Shown here: one piece after another, positions 46,280-56,113 of the stretch
Layout: the number at the start of each line of letters is the position of its first letter
Position numbering within the stretch: the stretch's first letter is position 1
DNA from: an uncultured Maribacter sp.
Lineage (GTDB): Bacteria; Bacteroidota; Bacteroidia; Flavobacteriales; Flavobacteriaceae
Length of the DNA: 64,000 nucleotides
Assembly (NCBI RefSeq): GCF_947495965.1
Contig: NZ_CANMBB010000001.1
Location: 521,728 to 585,727, forward strand
Reading direction: 5' to 3'
Notes under the pieces: generated by a model
What the model saw: only the letters and a program-made list of their open reading frames with translations
What the model was told of the DNA's origin: nothing
Databases searched by the model: none
Translations under genes and position numbers: made by a program

Positions 46280-47459
46280 TTTTATAACGCAACAAAGCTT
46301 CAAAATAATAATAATCTGCATAATTTAAAGGCACATCAATTTCATTATTATGAGGTATACTGCCTACACTATGCTTTAATAAGAAATTATGATTTTCACC
46401 TAAAGCAGCCGTATATTCTTTAGTTGCTAGTGTGTTCAAAATTTTATCAATTGCTCCTTTATAATTCTCCTTAGAATATTTGTCTAATTCTATTAATGCA
46501 GATGCAGTAATAGTTGCTGCGGAAACATCTCTAGGCTCATTTGGAATATGCTCTGCATTATAATCCCAATACGGAATACCATCTTCTGGTGTTCCTTTAA
46601 AGTTTAAAATATAGTTAGCAATTTTTTGCGCTTGTTCTAAATACTTTTTGTCTTTAGTATACCTATAACATACAGTATAACCATACAGTCCCCATGCCTG
46701 ACCTCTAGCCCATGAGCTATCATGAGAAAAACCTTGTGCTGTTTGTTTGTGTCTTACCTCTCCCGTTTCTGGGTTATAATCTACAACATGAAAAGAACTA
46801 TTATTTTCTCTGAAATGATTTTTTATTGTTGTGTTTGCATGTGTTATTGCTGCTTCTTTATATTTTGAATCTCCTGTTAGTTTACTTGCTTCAAATAACA
46901 ATTCTAAATTCATCATATTATCTACAATAACAGGAAACATCCATCCTCTTTCTTTTTGCCACCCTCCAGTTACATCCCAACTTTTAATACAACCAACATT
47001 TGGATTAAAACGAGTAAGTAAGGAATTTGATGCTGTAATCATAACCTCTTTAAAAGCTTCATTCTTTGTTAATCTAAAACCATTACCATAAGAACAATTA
47101 AATACAAAACCTAAATCATGATTTGTAGTTAAATGTTTATGACTCTCAAATTGTGCTTGAAACTTTTCTGCAGCCATTTGCCACTTTTTATTCCCTGTTG
47201 CTTCAAAAAGATACCAACAAGAACCGGGGAAAAAGCCTTCCGTCCAATCAAACCTTTCTTTTGCCCAATGCATTTCACCATCTTTATTTATGGTTCTTGG
47301 TATTCTATTTGCCTTCTCTGCTTCTACCACTAATAATGAAAATTGCTTTTCTGCCTTTTCCATTACACTTTCTTCTTTTTTAGTTTCTGCTTTTTTTTCT
47401 TGACAAGAATAAAACAGACAAATTAAAAGGGGTAGTACTATTTTTTTTATCAATTTCAT
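46248..47459 (-). CDS. GH88 unsaturated glucuronyl hydrolase, lipoprotein
   Basis: 403 aa with a lipobox (LFYSC). Motifs WTEGFFPGSCWY, HDLGFVF, VDNMMNLELLF, SFHVVDY, SWARGQAWGLYGY. Confidence 0.85.
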   Translation of the reverse strand: MKLIKKIVLPLLICLFYSCQEKKAETKKEESVMEKAEKQFSLLVVEAEKANRIPRTINKDGEMHWAKERFDWTEGFFPGSCWYLFEATGNKKWQMAAEKFQAQFESHKHLTTNHDLGFVFNCSYGNGFRLTKNEAFKEVMITASNSLLTRFNPNVGCIKSWDVTGGWQKERGWMFPVIVDNMMNLELLFEASKLTGDSKYKEAAITHANTTIKNHFRENNSSFHVVDYNPETGEVRHKQTAQGFSHDSSWARGQAWGLYGYTVCYRYTKDKKYLEQAQKIANYILNFKGTPEDGIPYWDYNAEHIPNEPRDVSAATITASALIELDKYSKENYKGAIDKILNTLATKEYTAALGENHNFLLKHSVGSIPHNNEIDVPLNYADYYYFEALLRYKNEYKTESNEE

Positions 47460-47492
47460 TTTGTTTTTTGTTAGTTATCTTTGCGTAAATTA

Positions 47493-47516
47493 AAAAATAC
47501 AATCGATTGTATTTTT
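47493..47516. promoter_or_regulatory. Perfect 24-bp palindrome AAAAATACAATCGATTGTATTTTT (operator and/or terminator)
   Basis: Self-complementary over all 24 nt, centred on ATCGAT. Lies between the sulfatase stop (47561) and the GH88 start (47459). Confidence 0.55.
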
Positions 47517-47518
47517 AT

Positions 47519-47526
47519 CAAATGTA
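47519..47526 (-). promoter_or_regulatory. Candidate -7 box (TACATTTG on the minus strand) for the GH88 sub-operon
   Basis: The plus strand reads CAAATGTA; its reverse complement matches TAnnTTTG. It is 2 nt upstream (in transcription sense) of the 24-bp palindrome. Confidence 0.35.
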
Positions 47527-47560
47527 ATAAAATATTTTACACAGAATTGATATTTTTAAA

Positions 47561-49246
47561 TTATTTTGAAGCAGACTGTATACTTACAAGCTCTTCCCAT
47601 TTAGCTTTTTTCCAATCTACAGGGGGCTTTAGCTCCTTCTTATTATTGTTATACAAAGCAACTAATTCTTTTACTTTATCAGGAAGTTCCTGTGCTAAAT
47701 TATATTTTTCTGAAGGGTCTTTTAGTATATTATATAATTCAAACTTTGGCTTATCCCCTTCAAGAAAATCAGTATAAATACCTTTTTCTATTTCCCCTAC
47801 ATACCTTAATAAATAATTCTCTTTTATAACAGTCCATGCGGGTGGTGCATGTCCTGGTTCCTCTCCCCTAGACAAAACAGATTTATTTAGTAAAAAACCC
47901 CATTTTCTAGAATGTATTCCTGCCCAATATAAATAATCATGTACAGGCTCTTTTGTTTGTTTTGTTACCAATGGCAATAAACTTTTCCCGTCAATATTCT
48001 CTGGAACTTTACCTTCTGCAGCATCTATTAAAGTTGGTATAATATCCATAGCAGATACTAATTCATCTGACTTAAATCCTTCATGTATTTTACCTTTCCA
48101 ATAGAAAAACATAGGCACATGCATACCTCCTTGATAATAGGTTCCTTTATGGCCTGCAAAAGGTGCATTTCCTGGTAATGTAGATGGCCCTCCTGTCATC
48201 CCTCCATTATCCGAAGTAAATGCTATAATTGTATTTTCTAATTGATTTATTGATTTTAAATACTCCGTTATTCGTTTTAAATTATAATCTACACCATATA
48301 CATGTGCATAAAAGTTATTTAAGTCATAAGATTTTGTTTTAAATCTGTCATAATACTTACTAGGAGCTTTAGGCTGCAATGAGTCATGAACCGCATGATA
48401 ATCTAATTGTACATAAAATGGTTTATCACTTTTTGCCTGTTCTTTCATAAAATCTAAGGCCTTATCTGTAAAGACATCTGTATTATACCCTTTTTGTTTT
48501 CCTGCGTGTTCATAATTTTCCCAAACTAAAGTTGAATTATAAAACTGACTTGACCAATAATTATATCCATAATAATAATCGAAACCATGATTAAGGGGAT
48601 TATCCTTCTTAATAACGGAACCTCTATAACCAGAAGCCTCCATTGCCTTATAAGCTTCAAGATTTATTTCTTTTACTTTTCTATATGGCATGTTTTCATC
48701 AATTCCAGCTTCTCTTAAAACATTTTTTAGAACATTATCATCTCGCCTTCCTATATGCCATTTACCTATATGTGCAGTAGCATAACCCAAGTCTTTTAAT
48801 TTTTCTGCTAAATGTGTTCCTTTTTCTAGTCCCTTAGCTTCACAATCTAAATTGGTATAAATACCATACTTCCCTTGAAAAACTCCTGTTGCAATGCCCA
48901 TTCTAGACGGGGCGCATAAATTACTACTAGTATAAGCGTTAGAAAAAACAACACCATCTTTTGCTAAACTTGTCATTGTTGGTATAGCCATTTTAGATAA
49001 TTGCAATGCTTCTTCTGGAGTATAATCCTGTCTTTCTTTTACTAATTGCACAAAATAAGGGTCAAAACTATCGGTATTTAGTGTTGTATTATTTACTCCC
49101 CATTGTCCGTACCCTAAATCATCCACCATAACAAAAAGAATATTAGGTTTCTTAGATACAATCTCTTTTTTCTTAGCCTTTTCACAACTAAAAAAGAGAA
49201 AAGAAGCAATTGAAAATAAAAAAAATACACCGCAAAAAAATTTCAT
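47561..49246 (-). CDS. S1-family sulfatase, lipoprotein
   Basis: 561 aa with a lipobox (LFFSC). Motifs NILFVMVDDLGYG, CAPSRMGIATG, GKWHIG, TSDNGG. Confidence 0.85.
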   Translation of the reverse strand: MKFFCGVFFLFSIASFLFFSCEKAKKKEIVSKKPNILFVMVDDLGYGQWGVNNTTLNTDSFDPYFVQLVKERQDYTPEEALQLSKMAIPTMTSLAKDGVVFSNAYTSSNLCAPSRMGIATGVFQGKYGIYTNLDCEAKGLEKGTHLAEKLKDLGYATAHIGKWHIGRRDDNVLKNVLREAGIDENMPYRKVKEINLEAYKAMEASGYRGSVIKKDNPLNHGFDYYYGYNYWSSQFYNSTLVWENYEHAGKQKGYNTDVFTDKALDFMKEQAKSDKPFYVQLDYHAVHDSLQPKAPSKYYDRFKTKSYDLNNFYAHVYGVDYNLKRITEYLKSINQLENTIIAFTSDNGGMTGGPSTLPGNAPFAGHKGTYYQGGMHVPMFFYWKGKIHEGFKSDELVSAMDIIPTLIDAAEGKVPENIDGKSLLPLVTKQTKEPVHDYLYWAGIHSRKWGFLLNKSVLSRGEEPGHAPPAWTVIKENYLLRYVGEIEKGIYTDFLEGDKPKFELYNILKDPSEKYNLAQELPDKVKELVALYNNNKKELKPPVDWKKAKWEELVSIQSASK

Positions 49247-49269
49247 ATAATATATTTAAATGTATAAGA

Positions 49270-49297
49270 AAGGTTGCAAAATTTCTTTTACAACCTT
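49270..49297 (-). terminator. Hairpin immediately after susD (attenuator-like)
   Basis: AAGGTTG (49270-49276) and CAACCTT (49291-49297), extended by 4 A-T pairs after one mismatch. The T-tract is weak. Confidence 0.4.
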
Positions 49298-49321
49298 AAA
49301 CCTAACTAACATTAATTTACC

Positions 49322-50836
49322 TTATTGAATTTTAAATCCTTCTGGATTTTGTTCTAACTCACTTAAATTAATTGCATTAAATGGTATTGGTGCAATATAC
49401 TGTGCCTTAGAGGGTTGCCTTACCAATACTACATCTTCATCTGGAGACCTTAAAGCTGTAATTTCTTCTAATTTTTCAGTTCTAATTAGATCAAACCATC
49501 TTTTATACTCTCCTGCTAGTTCCCAACCTTTTTCTGCAATAATTTCATCTACAGTTGGAGAGACTACATCAACAGAAAGATCTGCTACATTATATGGTAA
49601 ACCTGCAGCTCTTCTTTTAACTTGATTAAACGCTTCTATTGAACTTGCATTTGACCCTATTCTTGCTTGCGCTTCTGCATATATTAGTAATATTTCTGCA
49701 TACCTATACAATTCAATAGACCTAAAAGATACTGGTCTACCTCCAAAAGTTAAATCTTCTCCCGCTGTAAATTTACCATACATTGGGTGTTGCCGCTGAG
49801 ATTCTTGCCAAGGTTTAGTTGCCGGATCTCTTGGTGTAAGGACTCCTCCTGGGGCTCTTCTTTGAGGTATATCTAAAAGAAATGTAGCTTCTTTTCTTGG
49901 ACCTTCAGGAAAATTTTCAAAAAACTGCAGTTCCGGGAAAGCATCAGAAAAACCTCTAGCTTCATGAAAACTGAAAGCTGTTGGCCCTCCATTTACTATA
50001 CTTTTATCATCTGGGAATTTTAGTGAAAAAATAGACTCTGTACTATTCTGGCCGGATAACAACCACAATTCATCTATTGGTAATAATGTATGATACCCTA
50101 AATCTATTATTTCTTTAGCTTTATTAGCTGCTAATTGATATTTAGTAGCATCTTTTACTGGCCATCCTGCCCAAGTTAAGTACAGGTCTGCCAATACTGC
50201 TTTAGCGAAAGTTGAAGAGGCTCTTCCTGGCGCTACTTCGCCTGGTAAGGGTAAAGAAGCTTCTGCTATAAGTAAATCTTCCTCTATATGTTCATAGTTA
50301 AGTAACACTGTAGCTCTTTTTTCCTTTCCTGTTGGAATATCTTCTTCTAAAATAACTGGCACATTACCATGTGTTCTAACCAAGTTTAAATAACATAAAG
50401 CTCTAAAAAGACGTGCTTCCCCGTCTCCAACCTTAATTGCCTCTTCAGAGGCCGTTGAAGTCTTTAGTCCTTTTATTAAAGTATTACTATAGTAAATGTT
50501 TTTCCAATAAGAGTCCCATGCTATTGGAAGCCAATTTATATCTGAATTTTCTCCACTTCCATAATCGAACCTATCAAAAACACGAAAAGGTGCTTTATTC
50601 CCTGCAATCCATGTTGTAAGATCATCGGCTCCATAGGTAGCAGCCATTCTCGTATGCGGAGTTTTATGTAAGTTTAACATTTCTCTATATATAGGAGCTA
50701 AACTAGCTGTAATATCTCCTTCACTACCTAGTCTATCTAAAGTAAGTAAACTACTGGTGTCTTCTTCTAAATCAGAGCATGAGTGGCTTATAAAAACCAT
50801 TAATGCGAGCAGTATAATTTTATTTATATGTTTCAT
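49322..50836 (-). CDS. SusD/RagB-family outer-membrane lipoprotein
   Basis: 504 aa with a lipobox (ISHSC). Motifs ARLFRALCYLNLVRTHG, LIYAEA, KRWFDLIR. Confidence 0.85.
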   Translation of the reverse strand: MKHINKIILLALMVFISHSCSDLEEDTSSLLTLDRLGSEGDITASLAPIYREMLNLHKTPHTRMAATYGADDLTTWIAGNKAPFRVFDRFDYGSGENSDINWLPIAWDSYWKNIYYSNTLIKGLKTSTASEEAIKVGDGEARLFRALCYLNLVRTHGNVPVILEEDIPTGKEKRATVLLNYEHIEEDLLIAEASLPLPGEVAPGRASSTFAKAVLADLYLTWAGWPVKDATKYQLAANKAKEIIDLGYHTLLPIDELWLLSGQNSTESIFSLKFPDDKSIVNGGPTAFSFHEARGFSDAFPELQFFENFPEGPRKEATFLLDIPQRRAPGGVLTPRDPATKPWQESQRQHPMYGKFTAGEDLTFGGRPVSFRSIELYRYAEILLIYAEAQARIGSNASSIEAFNQVKRRAAGLPYNVADLSVDVVSPTVDEIIAEKGWELAGEYKRWFDLIRTEKLEEITALRSPDEDVVLVRQPSKAQYIAPIPFNAINLSELEQNPEGFKIQ

Positions 50837-50854
50837 AGTTCTTATTTTTTATTA

Positions 50855-53800
50855 TTAAAAGGATACATTTAGACCAAGGGTTACGGAACGATTAATTGGA
50901 TATGAATTATAATCGATACCAACATCAGCGTCTGCATCTGCTCCCGAAGCAGTTGCTTCTGGATCAAACCCTGTATAATCAGTAATAATAAATAAGTTCT
51001 CTACGCTAGTATATAATCTTAGTTTACTTAGCCCTAGTTTATCTAAAAAATTACTATTTACATTATAACTTAATGCAATGTTTTTCATAGTTATATAAGA
51101 CCCATCTTCAATAAATTGAGAAGATAAAATCTCTGTACCGTCTCTACCAGAAGGTATATTACTAGGATTTGTCGGCGTCCATCTATCTCTATAATCTCCA
51201 TATACGGCATGGAACTGTTGCGCTCCGAGTGCCATTAAACGTGCTCTTTGTAAATTATATATGTCATTCCCCTGAGAACCAGTTAATACAAAATTTAAGT
51301 TCCAGTTTTTATAATTTACATCCCAGTTCCAACCCCAAGTATAATCTGCATTACCATCTCCAATTGTTGTTATATCATCTGTAGAAATAATTCCGTCTGG
51401 CACACCATCTGGTCCGCTAATGTCTCTATATTTAGCATTCCCAGGTGTTCCCTCAGCTTCTTCACCCAATTGGTATACTCCATCAAATATATATCCTCTA
51501 AATGAGCTTATTGGTAACCCAACTTCTACCCTTGTAGGTTTTACTGGAAAGGTATTTGCTCTAATATCATCTCCAACTTCAATAAACTGCACATCATCAT
51601 TTAATGATAACACTTTATTTCTATTACTAGAGAAACTTAAGGTTGAGTTTATACTCCAATTATCATTTTGTAAAATTCTAGCACCAAGAGTAACTTCAAA
51701 ACCTTTATTTTCTACCTCACCCGCATTTACAAATTTATTTGTAGGCCCTACAAAAGATGGTAATTGCGTATCTAGTAAAAGATCCGTTGTATTCTTTTTA
51801 TAGTAATCTATAGACATAGTTAAACCAGAATTCCATAACCCGATATCTAAACCAGCATTAATTTGTTCTGTTGTTTCCCATGTTAAATCTGGATTAGCTA
51901 ATCGATTAGAAGGAGCTACCCCGACAGTATAGTTTCCGCTAAATGGGTAATTAATATCTTCATCTAAAATAGCTCTTGATCGAGTCCCAAAAACAGAAAT
52001 ACCTTGATTTCCTACTTGACCATAACTAAGTCTTAGTTTTAAGTTATTTATGCTTTCTACATTTTGGATGAATTGTTCTTCTGATATTTTCCACGCAAAA
52101 GATGCCGATGGAAAGTACCCCCATTTATTTTTTTGAAATACACTTGTTCCGTCTGCTCTTAAAGATGCTGTAAATAAATATTTATCTAATAGTGAATAGT
52201 TTACTCTTCCTAAAAAAGACTCTAATTCTCTATTCTGTTCTTCATTAGAAACTATTTGAACTGCAGCTGCAGATAAATTCTTAAAAGAAACTAAATCTGT
52301 AAAAAAGTCTGAAGCATCAACCTCTACTTCGCTACGATTTTCTTTAACAAATTCATGAATAGCATCAATTTTCAAGGAGCTTTTTTCTCCAATATCTACA
52401 CTATAAGTAAGACGATTAGTATTGAATAAATTAGTGAAAGATGTATTATCCACATTTGCTCTTCCAATACTACTAGAAATCAATGGAGCATATGTATTAT
52501 TATGAACCTCTGTTTTAACAATACCTGCAGAACTATTAAAAACTAAATTCTTAGCTAAATCATAATTCACATATCCATTAATACTATATCTGTCTCTTGT
52601 ATTTTCTCTTATATTATTCTCAACAGCAACTAAAGGATTAGTTTGTGATGTAGATACCTGTTTTGTAGAATTAAAGTTATATTCACCATCTTCATTAAAT
52701 GCTGTTGTTGTTGGATCAAAAGCTAAGCCAACACCCAAATCTGCTCTATTACCTTTTGATTCTACACGGCCAATATTAAAATTAACTCCTACTTTTAATT
52801 TTTCATTTAAATTGGCGTTAAAATTGGTTCTTAAATTTAAACGCTTATATTTTTGATCTACAACTGTTCCTTCTGTTTCATATAGGTTCCCAGAAATATA
52901 ATAATCTACATCTTTAGTTCCTCCGCTGGCAGAAATTTGAGCGTTATTAAAGAATGCTGTTTTAAACAACCTTTTTTGCCAATCTTCTCCTCCAGATAAT
53001 CTTAAAGCGTCAATTTCTGCTGTCGTGTAAAAAGGGTTGTTTGGATCATTAGGATCTCTTCCCTCAGAAAAATTTACACCCTCAGCAAATTCTACTGGAC
53101 TTAACAAATCTAATTTTTGTGTTACAGTAGATGTTCCTGTAAATAAATCTACATTTATTTTTGCTTTTCCTATACGTCCTTTTTTAGTTGTAATTAAAAC
53201 TACACCATTGGCTCCACGTGTACCATATATTGCAGTAGAAGAAGCATCTTTTAATACTTCCATAGACTGTATGTCATTTACATTTACTGTAGAAATATCT
53301 ACAAATTGCCCATCTACTACGTAAAGTGGTTCATTGCTACCTGTTATAGAATTAGCTCCACGTATTCTAATTTTAAAGCTTCCTCCAGGAGCTCCACTAG
53401 TTTGTGTTACTTGCACTCCAGATGCTCTACCTTGTAATGCCTGACTTACATCATTTAATGGTTGCTTGTCAAAATCTTTTGATGAAACAGATGTTAAAGC
53501 CCCTGTAACATCACTCTTTTTTACAGAACCATAACCAATAACAACTACATCATCTAGTTGTTCTGCATCTGGTTCCATTACAACATTTAAATTGGTAATA
53601 GAAGTTACTGTTTTCTCTATAGTTTTATATCCTATATAGCTAAAAACTAAAATATCTCCAGAAGATGCATTTATTTGATAATTGCCATCAAAATCAGATG
53701 CTGTTCCGTTGGCAGTTCCTTTTACTATAATGTTTACCCCTGGTATTACAAAACCATCCTCTGAGGAAGTGATTGTTCCTGAAATTTGTTGCTGTAAACT

Positions 53801-54214
53801 CTTAACTAGTTGTTTTTCATTTTTATGATTCTGATGTTTAACAAACTTTTCTGTAATATCCTCTTTAAGAATTATTTGCCTTCTCTTTACAACATATACT
53901 ATGTTCGTATGTAAAAACAAATCATTTAGAATATTTACCAAAGGCTCATTTGTAACATTCAATGAGACTAGCCTATTTTCGTCAATCTCATTATTCTTAT
54001 AGAGAAATTTAAAATTTGTGTCTTTTTCAATTTTCTCAAAAACGCGAGTAATTTTTACATTTTTCAGGTTACAGGTTACTTTTGCTTTCTGCGAGTATGT
54101 ATTAGCGTTGATTGAAAAAACGGAGACTAATAAAAGAATCGCAGTTAGTTTCATTGCTAAATTGAATTTTAACGAATAACGCATGGTTTGCGCCATTCTA
54201 GCTTTATTTTTCAT
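50855..54214 (-). CDS. SusC-like TonB-dependent transducer with N-terminal STN signalling domain
   Basis: 1119 aa (later Met codons at 54184 or 54154 are possible starts). STN-like region VKITRVFEKIEKDTNFKFLY...VVKRRQIILK, CarboxypepD_reg ISGTITSSEDGFVIPGVNIIVKGTANGTASDFDGNYQI, plug VVVIGYGSVKKSDVTG, and a terminal F. Confidence 0.9.
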   Translation of the reverse strand: MKNKARMAQTMRYSLKFNLAMKLTAILLLVSVFSINANTYSQKAKVTCNLKNVKITRVFEKIEKDTNFKFLYKNNEIDENRLVSLNVTNEPLVNILNDLFLHTNIVYVVKRRQIILKEDITEKFVKHQNHKNEKQLVKSLQQQISGTITSSEDGFVIPGVNIIVKGTANGTASDFDGNYQINASSGDILVFSYIGYKTIEKTVTSITNLNVVMEPDAEQLDDVVVIGYGSVKKSDVTGALTSVSSKDFDKQPLNDVSQALQGRASGVQVTQTSGAPGGSFKIRIRGANSITGSNEPLYVVDGQFVDISTVNVNDIQSMEVLKDASSTAIYGTRGANGVVLITTKKGRIGKAKINVDLFTGTSTVTQKLDLLSPVEFAEGVNFSEGRDPNDPNNPFYTTAEIDALRLSGGEDWQKRLFKTAFFNNAQISASGGTKDVDYYISGNLYETEGTVVDQKYKRLNLRTNFNANLNEKLKVGVNFNIGRVESKGNRADLGVGLAFDPTTTAFNEDGEYNFNSTKQVSTSQTNPLVAVENNIRENTRDRYSINGYVNYDLAKNLVFNSSAGIVKTEVHNNTYAPLISSSIGRANVDNTSFTNLFNTNRLTYSVDIGEKSSLKIDAIHEFVKENRSEVEVDASDFFTDLVSFKNLSAAAVQIVSNEEQNRELESFLGRVNYSLLDKYLFTASLRADGTSVFQKNKWGYFPSASFAWKISEEQFIQNVESINNLKLRLSYGQVGNQGISVFGTRSRAILDEDINYPFSGNYTVGVAPSNRLANPDLTWETTEQINAGLDIGLWNSGLTMSIDYYKKNTTDLLLDTQLPSFVGPTNKFVNAGEVENKGFEVTLGARILQNDNWSINSTLSFSSNRNKVLSLNDDVQFIEVGDDIRANTFPVKPTRVEVGLPISSFRGYIFDGVYQLGEEAEGTPGNAKYRDISGPDGVPDGIISTDDITTIGDGNADYTWGWNWDVNYKNWNLNFVLTGSQGNDIYNLQRARLMALGAQQFHAVYGDYRDRWTPTNPSNIPSGRDGTEILSSQFIEDGSYITMKNIALSYNVNSNFLDKLGLSKLRLYTSVENLFIITDYTGFDPEATASGADADADVGIDYNSYPINRSVTLGLNVSF

Positions 54215-54326
54215 ATTTTAGTTGTTCGTTAAATGGTTATTTAATTTTAATCATTTTTTATAATCGGGAAATGTGGCAGCATTTTCCGATTTTTGTTTTC
54301 AAGTAACTTACATAGGCGTTTCTTTT

Positions 54327-55481
54327 TTAGTTCTTATTAATTGTTATTACATTATTCTTAGCTTCAAAAGTAAATTCTATATTTTCAGCAAATGAATCAA
54401 GAACCTCTTCTATAGTTTCGACGTCGAATGAAGCTGTAAACATCTCTTTATTTAATTCTGAGTAGTTATTAATTATTTTTATATTATAATGTCTTTCTAA
54501 CCTACTAATTATACTACTAAAAGGAAGATTTTTAATAACTAACTTACCTTGTATCCAACCCGTATATATATCTGTATCTACCTTATTGAAAATCGTATTT
54601 TTATTTGCTACATTCCATTCTGCCTTGTAACCAGGTTGAAGTATTATATTATTTTCTTTTTCAATATCATTAACATCGGAAAGACTTACAGAACCTTCTA
54701 CCAAAACCGTATTAATAAATTTGTCCTCAGGATAAGCAGAAACATTGAACTCAGTTCCTAAAACCGTTACATCCATATCAGAAGTTGTAACAATAAAAGG
54801 ATGTTCTTTATCTTTACTCACATCAAAAAAAGCTTCTCCTTCTAGATAAACTTGTCGTTTTTTTCCCTTTAAAAATTTAACAGGATAACGTATAGAAGAG
54901 CCTGAATTAAGATGCACGGTAGTCCCATCTGACAAAGAAATTTCGAATTTTTTACCGTATGGTATAGTTAACTTATTGTATACTAACTTTTCTTCTACTC
55001 CCGCATTTGAGTAGTCTAATTTAGCTCCATCTTTCTTCCCTAAAATAACTCCTTTATCATCTGTAATGTTCTTATTGTTATCTAATGATAATATTTGAAT
55101 TTCTCCATTGTCTAATTGCAAGGTTATTGCATTAGAATCTATCTTAGAAATAGGCGCATTGTATTTAAAGGATGTATAAGCAGAATAACCTACAGATAGT
55201 ATTAAAGCAAAAATAGCTACATACTTCCATACCTCTATCGGTTTTTTATTTAAACTGGATTTATTTATTTCATATTCTTGATTTACCTTTTTCCAAGCAG
55301 TATTAGGATCTTGAATATTATCTATTTCTGATATATCTATACCTTTTTCATGAAGCTTTTTTAACCTTTTAAAAAGATTATCATTATCCGTAGATTGAAA
55401 CCTCCATTGTTCTAAAAAAGAATCTTCATCAGTAGAAATTTCTCCTCTAAGTTTCTTAACAATAAGCTTTGAAATTTTCAT
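54327..55481 (-). CDS. FecR-family anti-sigma factor
   Basis: 384 aa with one TM segment (WKYVAIFALILSVGYSAY). FecR core is VYLEGEAFFDVSKDKEHPFIVTTSDMDVTVLGTEFNVSAY. Confidence 0.85.
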   Translation of the reverse strand: MKISKLIVKKLRGEISTDEDSFLEQWRFQSTDNDNLFKRLKKLHEKGIDISEIDNIQDPNTAWKKVNQEYEINKSSLNKKPIEVWKYVAIFALILSVGYSAYTSFKYNAPISKIDSNAITLQLDNGEIQILSLDNNKNITDDKGVILGKKDGAKLDYSNAGVEEKLVYNKLTIPYGKKFEISLSDGTTVHLNSGSSIRYPVKFLKGKKRQVYLEGEAFFDVSKDKEHPFIVTTSDMDVTVLGTEFNVSAYPEDKFINTVLVEGSVSLSDVNDIEKENNIILQPGYKAEWNVANKNTIFNKVDTDIYTGWIQGKLVIKNLPFSSIISRLERHYNIKIINNYSELNKEMFTASFDVETIEEVLDSFAENIEFTFEAKNNVITINKN

Positions 55482-55564
55482 AAATAAGTCATCTAAAGAA
55501 TATAAACTCTTTATTATATGAGTAAAAAATAATGATTTAGGGTAGTGAAAAAATAAAAATTTTA

Positions 55565-56095
55565 CTAAAAAAATATAAATTCAACAATAATTAACAAAGA
55601 ATAGTAAGCATCTTTGACTTCTACTCTTAATATTTTATAAGCCTTTTTTAAGTGATATTTTACTGTATTTATAGATATACCTAGAGTTTTTGCCACTTTT
55701 TGATACTTTTCTCCTTCTAATACACACAAACTAAAAACCTTTTTACTTGCATCTGGAAGTGAAGCTATTGCCTTTTCCAAAAATTGTTTTTTTTCTTTTT
55801 GTATTAAATTTTCTTCCGCAGAAAATACTACATGTAATTTTTGAGTATCAAATACTTCATATTTATTTAACTCCTTAATTCTCTGCAAACTCTTGTTTTT
55901 AACAGAAATTGCAATATAAGCCTTAGGATTTAAAATACGTTTTAGTCTCCCTTTAAGTAGAATAGAAACACAAACGTCTTGAACTATTTCCTCTGCCTCA
56001 TCCATATCTTGTAAATAAGAATAGGATAATAGACACCATTCATCATAATGTTCTACAAAAACCTTTTCTAATATTTGGCTATTCTTATCCTTCAT
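55565..56095 (-). CDS. ECF (sigma-70 family) RNA polymerase sigma factor
   Basis: Start taken at MKDKNSQILEKVF (177 aa); the ORF-track extension is hydrophobic junk. Region 2 is EAEEIVQDVCV and the region 4 HTH is GEKYQKVAKTLGISINTVKYHLKKA. Confidence 0.85.
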   Translation of the reverse strand: MKDKNSQILEKVFVEHYDEWCLLSYSYLQDMDEAEEIVQDVCVSILLKGRLKRILNPKAYIAISVKNKSLQRIKELNKYEVFDTQKLHVVFSAEENLIQKEKKQFLEKAIASLPDASKKVFSLCVLEGEKYQKVAKTLGISINTVKYHLKKAYKILRVEVKDAYYSLLIIVEFIFF

Positions 56096-56113
56096 TGAGT
56101 AATTGAAAACCGC

